From Eledone cirrhosa (taxonomy: Eukaryota), in NCBI GenBank assembly GCA_964016885.1, contig OZ024741.1, positions 323,454,001 through 323,518,000 of the forward strand: a stretch of DNA of 64,000 bases, given 5' to 3'. The notes beneath the pieces are model-generated. The model was not told the DNA's origin, did no database searches, and saw nothing but the letters and a program-made list of their open reading frames with translations. Shown here piece by piece: positions 1 through 12,879 of this stretch. How positions within the stretch are numbered: the stretch's first letter is position 1; every line of letters begins with the position of its first letter. The position numbers and the translations under genes were made by a program.

Positions 1-2824
1 CTGCTCAACACAGAGTTAAAGATTTTGGCCAAGGTGCTAGAGACGAGGTTGGCGCTTGTCGTCGAGAACCTGGTAGGGAAAGCGCAAACGTGTGCAATCC
101 CCACCAGGTCCATACACGAAAACCTCCACCTCATGCGATATATCATAGAGAGGGTGGGTAGTAAACCCGGCTTCGGTGGGGCTCTGTTCAATTTGGATCA
201 GTCTAAGGCATTCGATAGGGTCGACCATCGATACTTGGAAGCGGTTCTCACGGTTTCGGTCCCGTTTTTAGAGGCTGGATCGAGGCGATGCACACCAGCA
301 TCTGCTCGAGGGTCAAGGTGAACGGCTACCTATCGGAGCCGTTCGCAATCACGCGTTCCATTCGACAGGGGTGCCTTCTCTCCTCCATTCTGTGTGTATT
401 GACTCTAGGGCCACTACTGCGGAAATTGGAGCTGTTGCAAGGCATCCCTCTAGAACCGGGACTGCGCAAAGCAACGTCGGCTTATGCCGACGACGTGACG
501 TAAATAGTGTCGTGCACTTCGGAAATCGGGATGAGCGGTAACTTACTGAAAGAATACGAAACGGTGACGGGAGCAAAACTAAACACGGACAAGTCTATCG
601 GTTTGCAACTGGGTACGTGGAGAGGCAAACCGATGACGTCCGACAGCGTCGTTGGACGCTGGACGGACGGACCGGTGAAATTGCTCGGGGTCTGTTTCGG
701 TCCAGACCTCCAGGTGGAGAAAAACTGGAATGAGGTCACGGCAAAGGTGTTTGCGCTCACCCAGAAGTGGGCAGAGTGCAAACTGTCCTTGAAAGGTCGA
801 GTGGAGGTGGCGAACACTTTCATAGCGTCCGTCATCTACTACCGCTTGACTGTCGTGCCTTGTCCCCGTGAACACCTCGCCAAGATGGAACGCATGCTCT
901 TCCAGTTTCTGTGGAAGAAGCAGGCTCCGCTGGTGAGGAGATCCGCCTGCTGTCAGCACCCTTCCAACGGAGGGTTGTGGATGCCGTGGCTGATGATGTG
1001 CAAACATGCACTGCGGCTGCGGCATCTCCAGGTATTCCTCACCGACCCACAACCGGTGTGGGCCCCGTTTGTGAGACAGGCTTTCCCACAGCTCGTCTCA
1101 TTGACGGAGCTGCAGTCCTGGGTCAAGAAAAGACCGAAAACGATAGGTGCCTGGCACATTGAATGCGCTCAGGCGCTCACAGTCCTCTAGCAAGCGGGCG
1201 CAGCAATTAGTGGAGACTCCACTTCTACACTCTATAGAGGGATTGTACGTTACAAGGGCGACGACGTACTCGGAGAGACTCTGGGCGTCGAAGACGATGA
1301 GTTCACCAGTCTATTTGGTAGGACTTTCCGCCCGGGACCTATAGACAACTTCCAGAGGTGCGTGGCCTAGGGATGCCCTGGAAACAGGGCCAACATTTAA
1401 ACGACCTTAGTTACACGGTATAGATGTAATAGCCATCACTGAGTCCAGAGTCCACAACAGGCAGCAACTAACCCCCATCTTCAGTGACTTTGAAATCTAC
1501 GCATCTCTCTATCAGCCGGGAGGTGGAGGGGAGTGACTGTCATGTTTCGGAAAAACCTGCATCTCGAAGTACAGCTCTAGGAAACGAGGGAGCAAAAGTT
1601 GTTAGCTGGGCCCGAGTGGCGGAAGCGAAAAGTGGCAACAAGTCCACGATTCGGTCTTTGAAAGACCAAAACGGACGCGTTCTACTTGACCCCAGGCAGA
1701 TGTGCGAGGCCTTTCAGCGGCACTTTGCGCGACTGTTTGAGTAGAACGACTGTGCACCGAACGGGGCAATGGACTATGGTTCATACCTCGACGGCCTGCC
1801 GCGTCTCTCGAGCATGGATGGCGAGTTCTACGAAAGACTGATCACAGCCACTGAGATACGGGACGCTCCGGGCCATTGCGGGAAACGCAAATCACCCGGT
1901 CTAGATGGTCTACCCTATGAGTTTTACATAGGCATGCCGGACATTCTATAGAGGGTTAGTACTTTATAAGTGCGACGACGTGCTCGGGGAGGCTCTAGGC
2001 GTCGAAGACGACGAGCTCACCAGTCTGTTCGGTAGGACTTTCCACCCGGGACCTATGGACATCTTCTAGAGGTCCCTGGCCTGGCAGTGCTACCGAGGCG
2101 CTCTACTCGTTCGAGATAATATCTACAGGCACGGACGCCCCGGCAGGGATCCTTCCAAGAGGACGTGTCCAAGATGCGAGCAGGATATTGAAACCGTCTT
2201 GCACGCAATTGTACACTGCCCGGGCGTAAGCGACCTGTGGAACTATGCAGAACAACTGCTGTCACGTATGGGACAAATCCAGTTGACTGCCGAGTCCATA
2301 GTAAGGATCAAACCGCCAGCCTCTTTCAAAAACGAAAGAGAGGCGGTTTTCCTCTGTACAGTGGCTATGGTGAAAGAGGTTATATGGTGGACGAGATTGA
2401 GAGGACTGAGGACAGATGCCTTTCTTTCTAGACAACAATTGATTCCCTTCTTTAAGTATCACTTTAGAAGAGGAATCAGAGTGGAGAGAGAGGCACTGTA
2501 CCCCAGTAAATTTACTGAAAGGTGGGTGAATGAAGTGAAAATGGCCCGAGTGATTGGGCCTTCTCTGTTTATAAGCCTGTAGGTTAAAGAAGGGAGCAAA
2601 AGGAAGAAGGGAGCACTTGCACAACACGCTTCTGAAGTTGAGGGTTGTTCTATCTACGGGGTATTAAACAACCCATTTGTGGCGCCTCCTCCTATTGGGG
2701 ATTTCGATTGTTATAATTATTTGTTTGTTTTATATTTCTTTTTACACGACTGTATGTAAAATCCCCGGCATGTGTCTCTGTATTGTCCCCTTTTCTTGTG
2801 CGCCCTCGTGGCAAATAAAGAAGT
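1..2824 (+). mobile_element. Tx1/L1-clade non-LTR retrotransposon, degenerate and internally rearranged; starts before the window edge
   Basis: RT motifs LDQSKAFDRVDH, RQGCLLS and YADD; C-terminal CPRC..H..C finger; 3' UTR ending AATAAAGAAG followed by (TATC)n; several frameshifts and stops; inserted APE/linker pieces at about 1358-1945. Confidence 0.93.
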
Positions 2825-2945
2825 ATATCTATCTATCTGTCTATCTATCTACCTATTTATCAAACTATCTATCTATTTACCCACTCATCCAACCATCTGT
2901 CTGTCTGCCTTTCTCTCTCCCTACATACATACATACATACATACA

Positions 2946-3040
<95 letters not shown>

Positions 3041-3075
3041 GTCTGTCTATCGATCTCCGTCTATCTATCTGTCTG
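2825..3075. repeat. Compound microsatellite (TATC)n/(TACA)n/(TA)n
   Basis: Directly visible. Confidence 0.95.
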
Positions 3076-3269
3076 TTTAGCCATTTACAAAAGAAGTTCA
3101 GTTAACTTAAACAGCGTACAAAATGAAGGCGCCTCTACGTGGTCACACGATCATCTACAAATAGCAATAACATTTATATCAAATCATATCGCATCTTATT
3201 GCGTATTAGTCTGAGATAAACATGATATTCGCAGCAATGTCTAACTGACCTGGGTTTAATAATAATGAC

Positions 3270-3467
3270 CGTAGCAGCAACAACAACAACAACAACGGCA
3301 GTAGCAATAGCAATAGCAACAACAACAACAACAGCAGTAGCACTAGCAACAACAACAACAACGGCAGTAGCAATAGCAACAACAACAACAACGGCACTAG
3401 CAATAGCAACAACAACAACGGCAGTAGCAATAGCAATAGCAACAACAATAACAGCAGTAGCAATAGC

Positions 3468-3520
<53 letters not shown>

Positions 3521-3689
3521 CGGCAGTAGCAATAGCAACAACAACAACAGCAGTAGAAATAGCAACAACAACAACAGCAGTAGCAATAGCAACAACAACG
3601 GCAGTAGCAATAGCAACAACAACTACAACAGCAGTAGAAATAGCAACAACAACAGCAGTAGCAATAGCAACAACAACAACAGCAGTAGC

Positions 3690-3760
<71 letters not shown>

Positions 3761-4138
3761 CGGCAGTAGCAATAGCAACAACAACAACAGCAGTAGAAAT
3801 AGCAACAACAACATCAGTAGTAATAGCAACAACAGCAGTAGCAATAGCAACAACAACAACAGCAGTAGCAATAGCAACAGCAACAACAGCAGTAGCAATA
3901 GCAACAACAACATCGGTAGCTATAGTAACAACAACAGCAGTAGCAATAGCAATAACAACAACAGCAGTAGCAATAGCAACAGCAACAACAGCAGTAGCAA
4001 TAGCAACAACAACAGCAGTAGCAATAGTAACAACAGCAGTAGCTATAGCAACAACAACAGCAGTAGTAATAGCAGCAACAACAACAGCATCATTAACAAC
4101 AACAAGAACAAGAACAATAACAGTAACAACAGTAACAA

Positions 4139-4170
<32 letters not shown>

Positions 4171-4289
4171 ACAACAACAACGACAACAACAGTAACAACT
4201 GTAACTACACTAGCAGCAGCAACAACAGCAATAACAACAACAACAGCATCAATAACAACAACAGTAATAGCAATAGCAGCAACAAAATC

Positions 4290-4320
<31 letters not shown>

Positions 4321-4575
4321 ACAACAACAACAACAACGATAACTACAGTAGCAGCAGCAACAACAACATTAACAATTATAAAGAAAACAGCAACAACAGC
4401 AATAACAATAACAACAGCAACACCAGCACAACCGCCACTTACATCACGACCAAGAACACCCCCAGCAGCAGTTGCAGCAGCAACAACATCATCATCACCA
4501 CCACCAACAGCAACACTATAAACATAACCATCACCATAACAGCAATAGCAGCAGCAACATTAACAACAACATTAA
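3270..4575. repeat. Long compound trinucleotide repeat (ACA/GCA/GTA/ATA/TCA)
   Basis: Higher-order unit like (ACA)nGCAGTAGCAATAGCA repeated; explains the low-complexity Thr/Ala and Leu ORFs. Confidence 0.95.
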
Positions 4576-4613
4576 CTGAAAGAAGAAGAAGAAAAAGAAG
4601 AAGAAGAGTACTC

Positions 4614-4901
4614 CCACTACCACCACCACCTCTATCTCTACTCTCACCGCCACCACTGCTCCTACTGACACCACCACCACCACCACCACCTCTATCCCTA
4701 CTCTCACCGCCACCACTGCTCCTACTGACACCACCACCACCACCACCACCACCTCTATCCCTACTCTCACCGCCACCACTGCTCCTACTGTCACTACCAC
4801 CACCACCACCTCTATCCCTACTCTCACCGCCACCACTGCTCTTACTGACACCACCACCACCAACCTCTATCCCTACTCTCACCGCCACCACTGCTCCTAC
4901 T
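4614..4901. repeat. Minisatellite, about 60 bp unit, about 5 copies
   Basis: CTCTATCCCTACTCTCACCGCCACCACTGCTCCTACTGA(CAC)n repeated, with variable CAC number. Confidence 0.93.
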
Positions 4902-5154
4902 GTTTGATGTGTTGGTGTTATATTCATGTTTTTTTTTACATTTATATGCATTGTAGGCACTTATATTTTGTTGTATATTTTTGGTTGTTGAGTAGGAGAA
5001 TTTGACCGTTGATCTATTTAAAATTTGATGGTATTTATGGTTTGGCGGGAAGTTTTTCTCTAGGATAGTAACATTTTTTAAAAGTATATTATCTTTAATT
5101 TGTAGATTAAATGGAGCATTATACAAATTAAAGATAATATACCTACAATTTTTT

Positions 5155-5864
5155 TTACTATCCTAGAGAAAAACTTCCCGCCAAACCATAAATACCATCA
5201 AATTTTAAATAGATCAACGGTCAAATTCTCCTACTCAACAACCAAAAATATACAACAAAATATAAGTGCCTACAATGCATATAAATGTAAAAAACCCATG
5301 AATATACCACCAACACATCAAACTAACCATAATACTAAAATAAACCACAGCAAACCACCATCTCCTTCACATACAACAAGTCGAGAAAATTCCACACCTA
5401 ATTTGACTACCTCCCCTAATATAACATTCACGAAAGGTTGTAACTGTAGAAACAAAGCAAATTGCCCATTAAAAGGAAATTGCCTTATTAATAACATAGT
5501 ATATAAATGTAAAATTAGCACTAAGGACTCAACTTATTCATATATAGGAGCTACTTCTAACCAATTTAAAGTAAGATTTAATACCCACAAACACAGTTTT
5601 AAAAATGCCGCATTAGCTAATACAACATCCTTAGCTGAAATAATTAATAATTATAGATAAAAGAATATCGATTATAACTTAACCTGGAGTGTGCTCAAAA
5701 GGGTCACCCCTTATCAAAATAATAGATATGAATGTAGATTATGTTCCCAGGAACTTTTTGAAATAATGAAATCTAAGGATATCCTATTAAATAAGCGACA
5801 AGAATTAATTATATCATGCAATCATAGAATTAGAAAAACTTTAAAATATTATAAACCTAATTAA
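5155..5864 (+). pseudogene. Penelope RT thumb end plus GIY-YIG endonuclease remnant (internal stop at 5658)
   Basis: HKYHQILNRSTVKFSYS; CNC..CPL..C..IVYKC..YIG..FKVRFNTH; past the stop the frame continues W..CRLC..E..LLNKRQE..CNH. Confidence 0.9.
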
Positions 5865-6592
5865 TATACACTTACATTTTACAAATTATTATAATTAATT
5901 TTTTTAAATTAGTTAACCTATAATTAATATTCTACTACTAAGAACTGCATAATTTTATTTCCCTTTTACAGCTATCTTTTCCTAAAATTTATACCAATAA
6001 GTATACATATAAACTATTTTAATTTCCTGTTATGAATCTAAATTCCTTATAATCTGTATAAGTTTGTTATTTCTCACTAATACATTTATCCCCCCCCCCC
6101 CAAAAAAAAATTTTTTTTTTTCCTTCGTTTTTAACAACATTCTTTAATAACATCTAACTCTTATTTATCATATCTATATGAATTAATATAAATGTATCCC
6201 TATAAATATACCTATCAATTAAATTAATTTAATTTCTTTTTATAGATCTATATTCCTTATATTTTAAATAAGATTGATATTTTTCACTAACACATTTATA
6301 GTAAAATTTTATTCTCCTTAGATTTTAACATTAGCATTATTCTTTAATAACATCAAATTTTCGTGTACCTTTCACCGGCTTGACCTATTTTCATCCCCAA
6401 AGTAATCTTTTCATTCAAAATACTCTTTCCATTCAAAACTGAAGTCTGCATTCCTCTACCCCTAAATTAAATTTCTACTCCTACTATTCTATCAACTTGA
6501 CCACTTACTACTTTTCTATTGGTCAATTCAAAACCTGTTCCCAAACAGACCTATTATATTAAATCTTTGTTGTTTTTTTTCAATAAACAAAT

Positions 6593-6732
6593 ATCATTAT
6601 TTCTGATGACAGCATATATATGTGTAGGTACGTATATTCCCTCTGATAGTTTGTAAAACTTTTACATAGATCTATATGATATATATAGCAACATACACAT
6701 ATATATCCTAGAAACGATCGTAAAATGATGAT
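6593..6732 (+). ncRNA. Type I hammerhead ribozyme with long stem II
   Basis: Stem I ATCATTATTT/AAATGATGAT (10 bp, one G-U); CTGATGA 6603-6609; stem II includes ATATATATGTGTA/TACACATATATAT; GAAAC-GATC-GTA 6711-6722. Confidence 0.85.
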
Positions 6733-6906
6733 TTTTTAAATAAAAGGAACTGTTTCTTTGTTTTTATTCATTATTTTTATTAATTTATCTTGATTCTGTT
6801 TTCCTGTGTTTTTATCGAAAAAATTCTGAATACATCTTCTCTTTTCATGATATTTGGATTACATTGAGTTCTTCATACGGATTGGACACTACCGTATATT
6901 TTGGTA

Positions 6907-7043
<137 letters not shown>

Positions 7044-7099
7044 ATATTAAAATACAAATATTAATAAAATAGATGTTCTTTTGATCAATTACATTTTAT

Positions 7100-7138
7100 T
7101 ATACATATTTCGGATGTACAACAGTACGTCCTCATCAT
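7100..7138 (-). ncRNA. Degenerate hammerhead-like core
   Basis: Minus strand ATGATGA-GGACGTAC-TGTT-GTACATCC-GAAA-TATGTATA; C3 is mutated and stem I is not evident. Confidence 0.4.
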
Positions 7139-7192
7139 CCAATCTACTGTAAAACTCATACTTTGACATACTCATTGAATATTGTTTAACAC

Positions 7193-7242
<50 letters not shown>

Positions 7243-7320
7243 CACAAACATATCCTATATATATATATATATAACACAAACATATCCTATATATATATAT
7301 ATATAACACAAACATATCCT

Positions 7321-7374
<54 letters not shown>

Positions 7375-7482
7375 TATATGTGTGTCGGATGGTAGCTAAG
7401 ATGCTTCCATAGGCGGTATGCCGGTTGACCACTCTATGTTCTTACAGACCAGAGTATGATATATGCTCCGAAATCATTAGAC

Positions 7483-7570
7483 GTGTCCGACGAACCTACG
7501 GGTCCAGAATCAGACAGATTCTCACAATGATCGCGTCTCGATCTGTTCGCCGGCGAAACAATTGTAACAC
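7483..7570 (+). ncRNA. Type I hammerhead ribozyme, U4C core variant
   Basis: Stem I GTGT/ACAC; CCGACGA 7487-7493; long stem II region; GAAAC-AATT-GTA 7555-7566 with palindrome ACAATTGT. Confidence 0.7.
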
Positions 7571-7612
7571 AATAAATTGAGTTCAGATGCATCACTGATT
7601 TTTCATTTTCTA

Positions 7613-7673
<61 letters not shown>

Positions 7674-7676
7674 CAA

Positions 7677-8458
7677 GATAAATTAACGGAACCATAGATT
7701 CTCGCTATTCCCTGTCAGTAACGTACTCAAAGGAGAAGGAATCCCGAGCTCTTTATAATACAATATGTTGAAAAGGTAACACACTAGAGAGAGAGAGAGA
7801 GATAGTGCGCCATCAATCAAACAGGGAAAAACCACCAGTGTATGGAATCTATAACCCTGGTTTTTCCCTGTTTGATTGATGGCGTACTATCTCTCTCTAG
7901 TGTGTTACCTTTTCAACATATTGTATTATAAAGAGCTCGGGATTCCTTCTCCTTTGAGCACATTACTGACAGGGAATAGCGAGAATCTATGGCTCCGTTA
8001 ATTTATCGTGATATTTCGCCCCTTATAACAGTCTTTCCTCTCTTTCTGTTTGGTTGAGCACACTTCTCTGAGTGGTTTGGGCTGCCCTTTCTAGCAGCTC
8101 GTCCCCCAGAGGCCACTGGTTACTGCCCTAGGCACGCTGTGACTTCTCTCTCCCACGTATGGCTGGATGGTCGCTTAGATTCTCTTAGAATTGTCTGAAA
8201 TGTATATCCTTACACACGCTGATGAACCATGGACTATTCATTTCTGTCAACAACTTATTGGCGAAACAGATCTCTGTGGATTTGTACGTGTGTGTTAGAT
8301 AGTTATCGAGGTATGTATTTACACTTTAATTTATACTTTTAATTATCGTGTGTCTACTCTGCCTTCCATGGGCTATAGATTCCGTACACTGGTGGTTTTT
8401 CCCTGTTTGATTGATGGCGCACTATCTCTCTCTCTCTCTAGTGTGTTACCTTTTCAAC

Positions 8459-8463
<5 letters not shown>
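7677..8463 (+). mobile_element. Non-coding hammerhead-containing unit (retrozyme or non-autonomous Penelope-like): about 535 bp monomer, partial tandem copy and inverted 5' copy
   Basis: 7677-7834 is inverted relative to 7858-8007; 8393-8463 directly repeats 7858-7922; 7835-7857 is inverted relative to 8370-8392; hammerhead at 8211-8294; no credible ORF. Confidence 0.8.
8211..8294 (+). ncRNA. Type I hammerhead ribozyme with full stem III
   Basis: Stem I TACACACG/CGTGTGTG; CTGATGA 8219-8225; stem II CCA/TGG after an A-C mismatch; GAA then stem III ACAGATC/GATTTGT; GTA triplet 8284-8286. Confidence 0.82.
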
Positions 8464-8519
<56 letters not shown>

Positions 8520-8520
<1 letters not shown>

Positions 8521-11500
8521 TATCTTTCTTTATTTGTCACAGGGGCGTACAAAAATGGAACATTACAAGACGTGACGGCGGGGGTTTTATTTAAAATCTT
8601 TAACAATGATAAATAACAATAAACTATATAAAAATAAAACAATTGAAATCCCCATTAGGGGGGAGGGGAGTAACGCTACTGCGGGGTTGTTTTACACCCC
8701 GTGGATAGAACAACCCTCAACACCAGGAAGACGTTTTGTAGGTGTTCCCGTCTTCCCTCTGTTTATCTTCCTCAACCTACAGGTTTATATACAGAGAAAG
8801 CCCATTCACCCGGGCCATTTTCGCCACATTCACCCACCTTTCAGCGAATTTACTGGGGTGTAGTACCTCTTTCTCCACTCTCACCTTCCTTCTGAAGTGG
8901 TACTTAAAGAAGGGGATGAGTTGTTGTCCGGAGAGAAAGGTGCTTGCCCTCAGTCCTTTTAACCTCGTCCACCATATTACCTCTTTCGCCATAGCCACCA
9001 GACAGAGGAAGACCGCTTCTCCTTCATTCTTAAATGAAGGTGGCGGGGTGATCTTCACGATGGACTCGGCTGACAACTGGATGTGTCCCACACGTAACAG
9101 TAGCTGTTCGACATAATTCCACAGGTCGGTCACCCCTGGGCACTGAACAATTGCGTGCAGAACGGTTTAGATGTCCTGCTCGCATCATGGACAGGTCCTT
9201 TTGGCAGGATCCCTGCCAGGGCGTCCGTGCCTGTAGATTTTGTCTCGAACTGGTAGAGCTCCTCGGTAGCACTGCCAGGCCAGAGACCTCTGGAAGTTAT
9301 TCATAGGCCCTTGACGGAAAGTCCTCCCGAACAGACTGGTCAGTTCGTCTTCCTCAATGACTAGAGTTTCCCCGAGAACATCGTCGCACTTATCTTCCAC
9401 TAATCCCCTATAGAATGTCGAAGTGGAGTCTCCGCTGATTGCCGTTTCCGCTTGGTAGAGGGCTGTGAGCGCTTGAAGGCACTCGAGGGCCAGGTGCCCA
9501 TTTTCGGTCTTCGCGTGACCCAGGACTGCAGCTCTGTTAGTGAGACGAGTTGTGGAAGAGCTCGTCTCACAAACGACAGCCACACAGATTCGCCAGTCAG
9601 GAATACATGGAGATGGCGTAGCCTCAGCGCGTGTTTGCGCATTATCAGCCACGGCAAGCCCAGCCCTCCGTTAGAAGGTTGTTGACAGCAGATGGATCTC
9701 CTCACCAATGGAGCCTGTTTCTTCCAGAGGAACTTGAAGAGTAGGCGTTCCATTTTGGTGAGGTATTTGCGGAGACAAGGCACGACTGTCAAGCGGTAGT
9801 AGATGACGGACGCTATGTAAGTGTTCGCCACCTCCGCTCGACCTTTCAAGGAGAGTTTGCACTCAGCCCACTTCCGGGTGAGTGCAAACACCTTCGCCGT
9901 GACCTTGTTACAGTTGTTGTCCATCTGGAGGTCGGGACCAAACCAGACTTCGAGCAATTTTGCCGGTCCTTCCGTCCAGCGTCCAACGACACTGTCGGAA
10001 GGCATGGGTTTGCCTCTCCATGTGCCGAGTTGCAAACCGACAGACTTGTTTGGGTTTAGTCTTGCTCCTGTCAACGTTTCGTATTCCTATAATAGGTTTC
10101 CGCTTACCCTGATGTCCGAGGGTTTCGACACCACTACGGTTACGTCGTCGGCATAGGCCGACGCTTCTTGGTTCGACCGGGGTGCCCTGCAGCAGCTCCA
10201 ACTTCCGCAGTAATGGTTGGAGAGTCAGTACATACAGAATGGAAGTAGAGGGCACCCCTGACGGATGGAACGCATGATTTGGAATGGCTCCGATATGTAG
10301 CCATTCACATTGACTGCCGAGCAGATGCTGGTGTGCATGGTAGAGATCCAGCCTCTGAAGATGGGACCGAAACCGGCCGCCTTGAGAACCGCTTCCAAGT
10401 ATTGATGGTCGACCCTATCAAATGACTTAGACTGATCTAAATTGATCAGAGCTCCACCAAAGCCAGGTTTACACCCTACCCTCCCTATGATGTATCGCAT
10501 GAGGTGGAGGTTGTCGTGTATGGACCTGGTTGGGATTGCACACGTTTACGCTTCCCCTACCAGGTTCTGGACGACAAGCGCCAGCCTCGCCGCTAACACC
10601 TTGGCCAAAATCTTTAACTCTGTGTTGAGCAGAGTTATGGGCCTGAAATTGCTTATCTCATCCTCCTTGTTCTCATCGTTCCTGATCAACGTTACTACGC
10701 CTCTGCCTACAGAACTGGGAATCCTTCCGTTCTGCTGCCAGTTGCAGTAGACCGCTTCGAGGACGCCAGAGAACAAGTCTGGTATGCCTATGTAAAACTA
10801 ATAGGGTAGACCATCTAAACCGGGTGATTTGCGTTTCCCGCAGCGGTCTAGTGCTTCTTCTATTTCGCCCGCTGTGATCGGCCTTTCGCAGCTCTCTGCA
10901 TCCGTGTTCGAGAGTCGTGGTACGCCGTCGAGGTAGGAGCTGAAGTCGATCACCTCCCTTGACGTACCACTTTGCCCGAACAGTTGTGCAAAATGCTGCT
11001 GGAAGGCCGTGCACATCTGCTTGGATTCAAGTAGAATGCGTCCATCTTCGTCTTGCAAAGACCGAATTGTGGATATGTTGCCACTTTTTGCCTCTGCCAC
11101 TGCCACTCGGGCCAAGCTAACAGCTTTGGCTCCCTCGTTTCTTAGAGCACGTGTTCTACTTCTGACAATACAACTTTCGTGTTTCACGTTGAAGAACTGG
11201 TCTAGTGTCATTCTCGCCGCTAGCACGTCAGCTGTACTGCCATTCCTAAGTGCCTCTTCTACTTTAGCTACCATTTCCTTTTCGGTTTTGTTTTTTTCTA
11301 AAGCTACTTCCTTGCTAAATGATATCTATTCTATTCTAATTGCTCTCTTGAGAGAGCTCCACCACCTGTTGTTGACGATCGCCCCCGTCAACTGGCACTT
11401 AACTAAGGTGCTAATCCGTTTACTGTAGGACTTACGCGCCGGAAGTGACATGTTTAGCTTCCAGTATCCGAATCCCTGTTTATGTGTTCTATCAAGGTTG

Positions 11501-11724
11501 ACTACGTAGGTGACTAATTTGTGGTCTGAATAGGTTACCATGTGAATTGTGGACAGCTTAATGTTTCCTTATCATTCTGTCTAATTAAAAATCTATCTAA
11601 ATACGATCTAGAAGAGCCAGTGCGGTTGCTCCACGTCCACAGTGCTACATTTGGAAAGTCTAGTCGATATCTATCAGCCAGTTGGAATTGGCTGCTGATA
11701 TTTTTGAGTCTATTACAAGACCCT
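8520..11724 (-). mobile_element. Tx1/L1-clade LINE, 5'-truncated within APE, degenerate
   Basis: APE motifs SRSYLDRF and YSDHK; RT motifs KSPGLDG, NFRPITLLN, KSFDRVDH and YADD; C-terminal finger; 5' junction in (TATC)n; 3' AATAAAGAAAGATATC then (TA)n. Confidence 0.93.
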
Positions 11725-12000
11725 ATAGATAGATAGATATATATAGATATACGTACGTGCATGCACATACACACACACACACACACAGATATATATATAT
11801 ATATATACATGCATATACACGCATGCATGAACACACATACAACAAACACCCACTCACACACACGCGCACGCACGCACACACACACATATATATATATATA
11901 CATATTCACACATGCATGCACACATATACAACAAATAAGCACAAACCCTAACACATACACACACCTCCACGTACACATATATATGCGTTATATATATATA
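11725..12000. repeat. Compound (GATA)/(CA)/(TA) microsatellite
   Basis: Directly visible. Confidence 0.9.
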
Positions 12001-12183
12001 GTTAGGGAAGCAGAAGATTGCTTATTGTGATCCAGTTCGTGGTTAAGAAAGCCAGTTTCATGGACGGTTTCAACGTACGGTTAGGGGTAACTCCACAAGT
12101 TTGTAAGAATTCCGTTCAATCTTGGAGTATAAAGTATAAAAGAGAAAACACAGGTAAGCATTAAGAGAAGGATTTTATTCAGG

Positions 12184-12284
12184 TATTTACGTCTGTTTCA
12201 TTGGTAAGTGCAACCTTATATTGCTATACTGCAAATAACAGCCACTCAATGATAATTGTTGTTCACGTCCAAATTTTCAAAATA
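12184..12284 (-). ncRNA. Hammerhead ribozyme, U3:A8 core variant, in a Penelope 3' region
   Basis: Minus strand TATT-TTGAAAA-TTTGG...CCAAT-GAAAC-AGAC-GTA-AATA; same strand as the Penelope ORF and downstream of it. Confidence 0.6.
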
Positions 12285-12879
12285 GTGAGTAAGTTACTCT
12301 TGAAATAGTTCTTAATATATAGAGAAAAACATTTTTTGGGAATTGTATTTACTAGTATATAGAGAGAGGAAGAGGAATTAGAAAATGAGGGGACAAACGG
12401 AATAGTATAGAGAGAGAGGAAGGGGGAGAAGGGTTAGGAAGTAGAGTGACAAAAGTGAGATGGAGTGAGGGGTAGAGGTGGAAGGATTCTTTGATTAGTT
12501 TTGATATGTAGACTTCATGTCGGTGATTGTATTGAGTTAAAGAGAATTAAATTGATCATAGTGGGAGGGATGGAGAGAGAGAGAGAGGGGGGGGGGAGAT
12601 AAAGAGATAAATATATATATATATAAAATAAAGATAAAAATAATAATGATAAAAATAAAAGTAAAGAAAGGGGGGGGGGGAGAAAGAAGAAAAGAAAAGA
12701 TAGCCCAAAAGGGAAGGGAAGAAAGGAAGAAAACGAAAAGAAATCGAAGATGAATGAAGGAGAAGGGAGGGATATAGGTATTGGTTTTTGTGGGTAATTA
12801 AAGGGGTTAGATACAATAAGAGGGTATAAAGTCTAAGTATATGCAGTTTGTCAGTTGGTAGTAAGAGGTTAAGGGTTCG

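Larger units (their letters stand above)
4902..6800 (+). mobile_element. Penelope-like element, 5'-truncated, with an inverted 5' segment and a 3' hammerhead
   Basis: 4902-5070 is the reverse complement of 5155-5322; GIY-YIG coding remnant; AT-rich 3' region containing a hammerhead fold. Confidence 0.88.

Noticed and set aside
3206-4521. 418 aa Thr/Ala mucin-like ORF and antisense poly-Leu ORFs
   Set aside because: Entirely trinucleotide repeat, open on both strands, with no unique coding flanks or clear splice context
4614-4901. CRISPR-like or Gly/Ser-rich protein repeat
   Set aside because: The units have no unique spacers and no cas genes are present; it is a minisatellite
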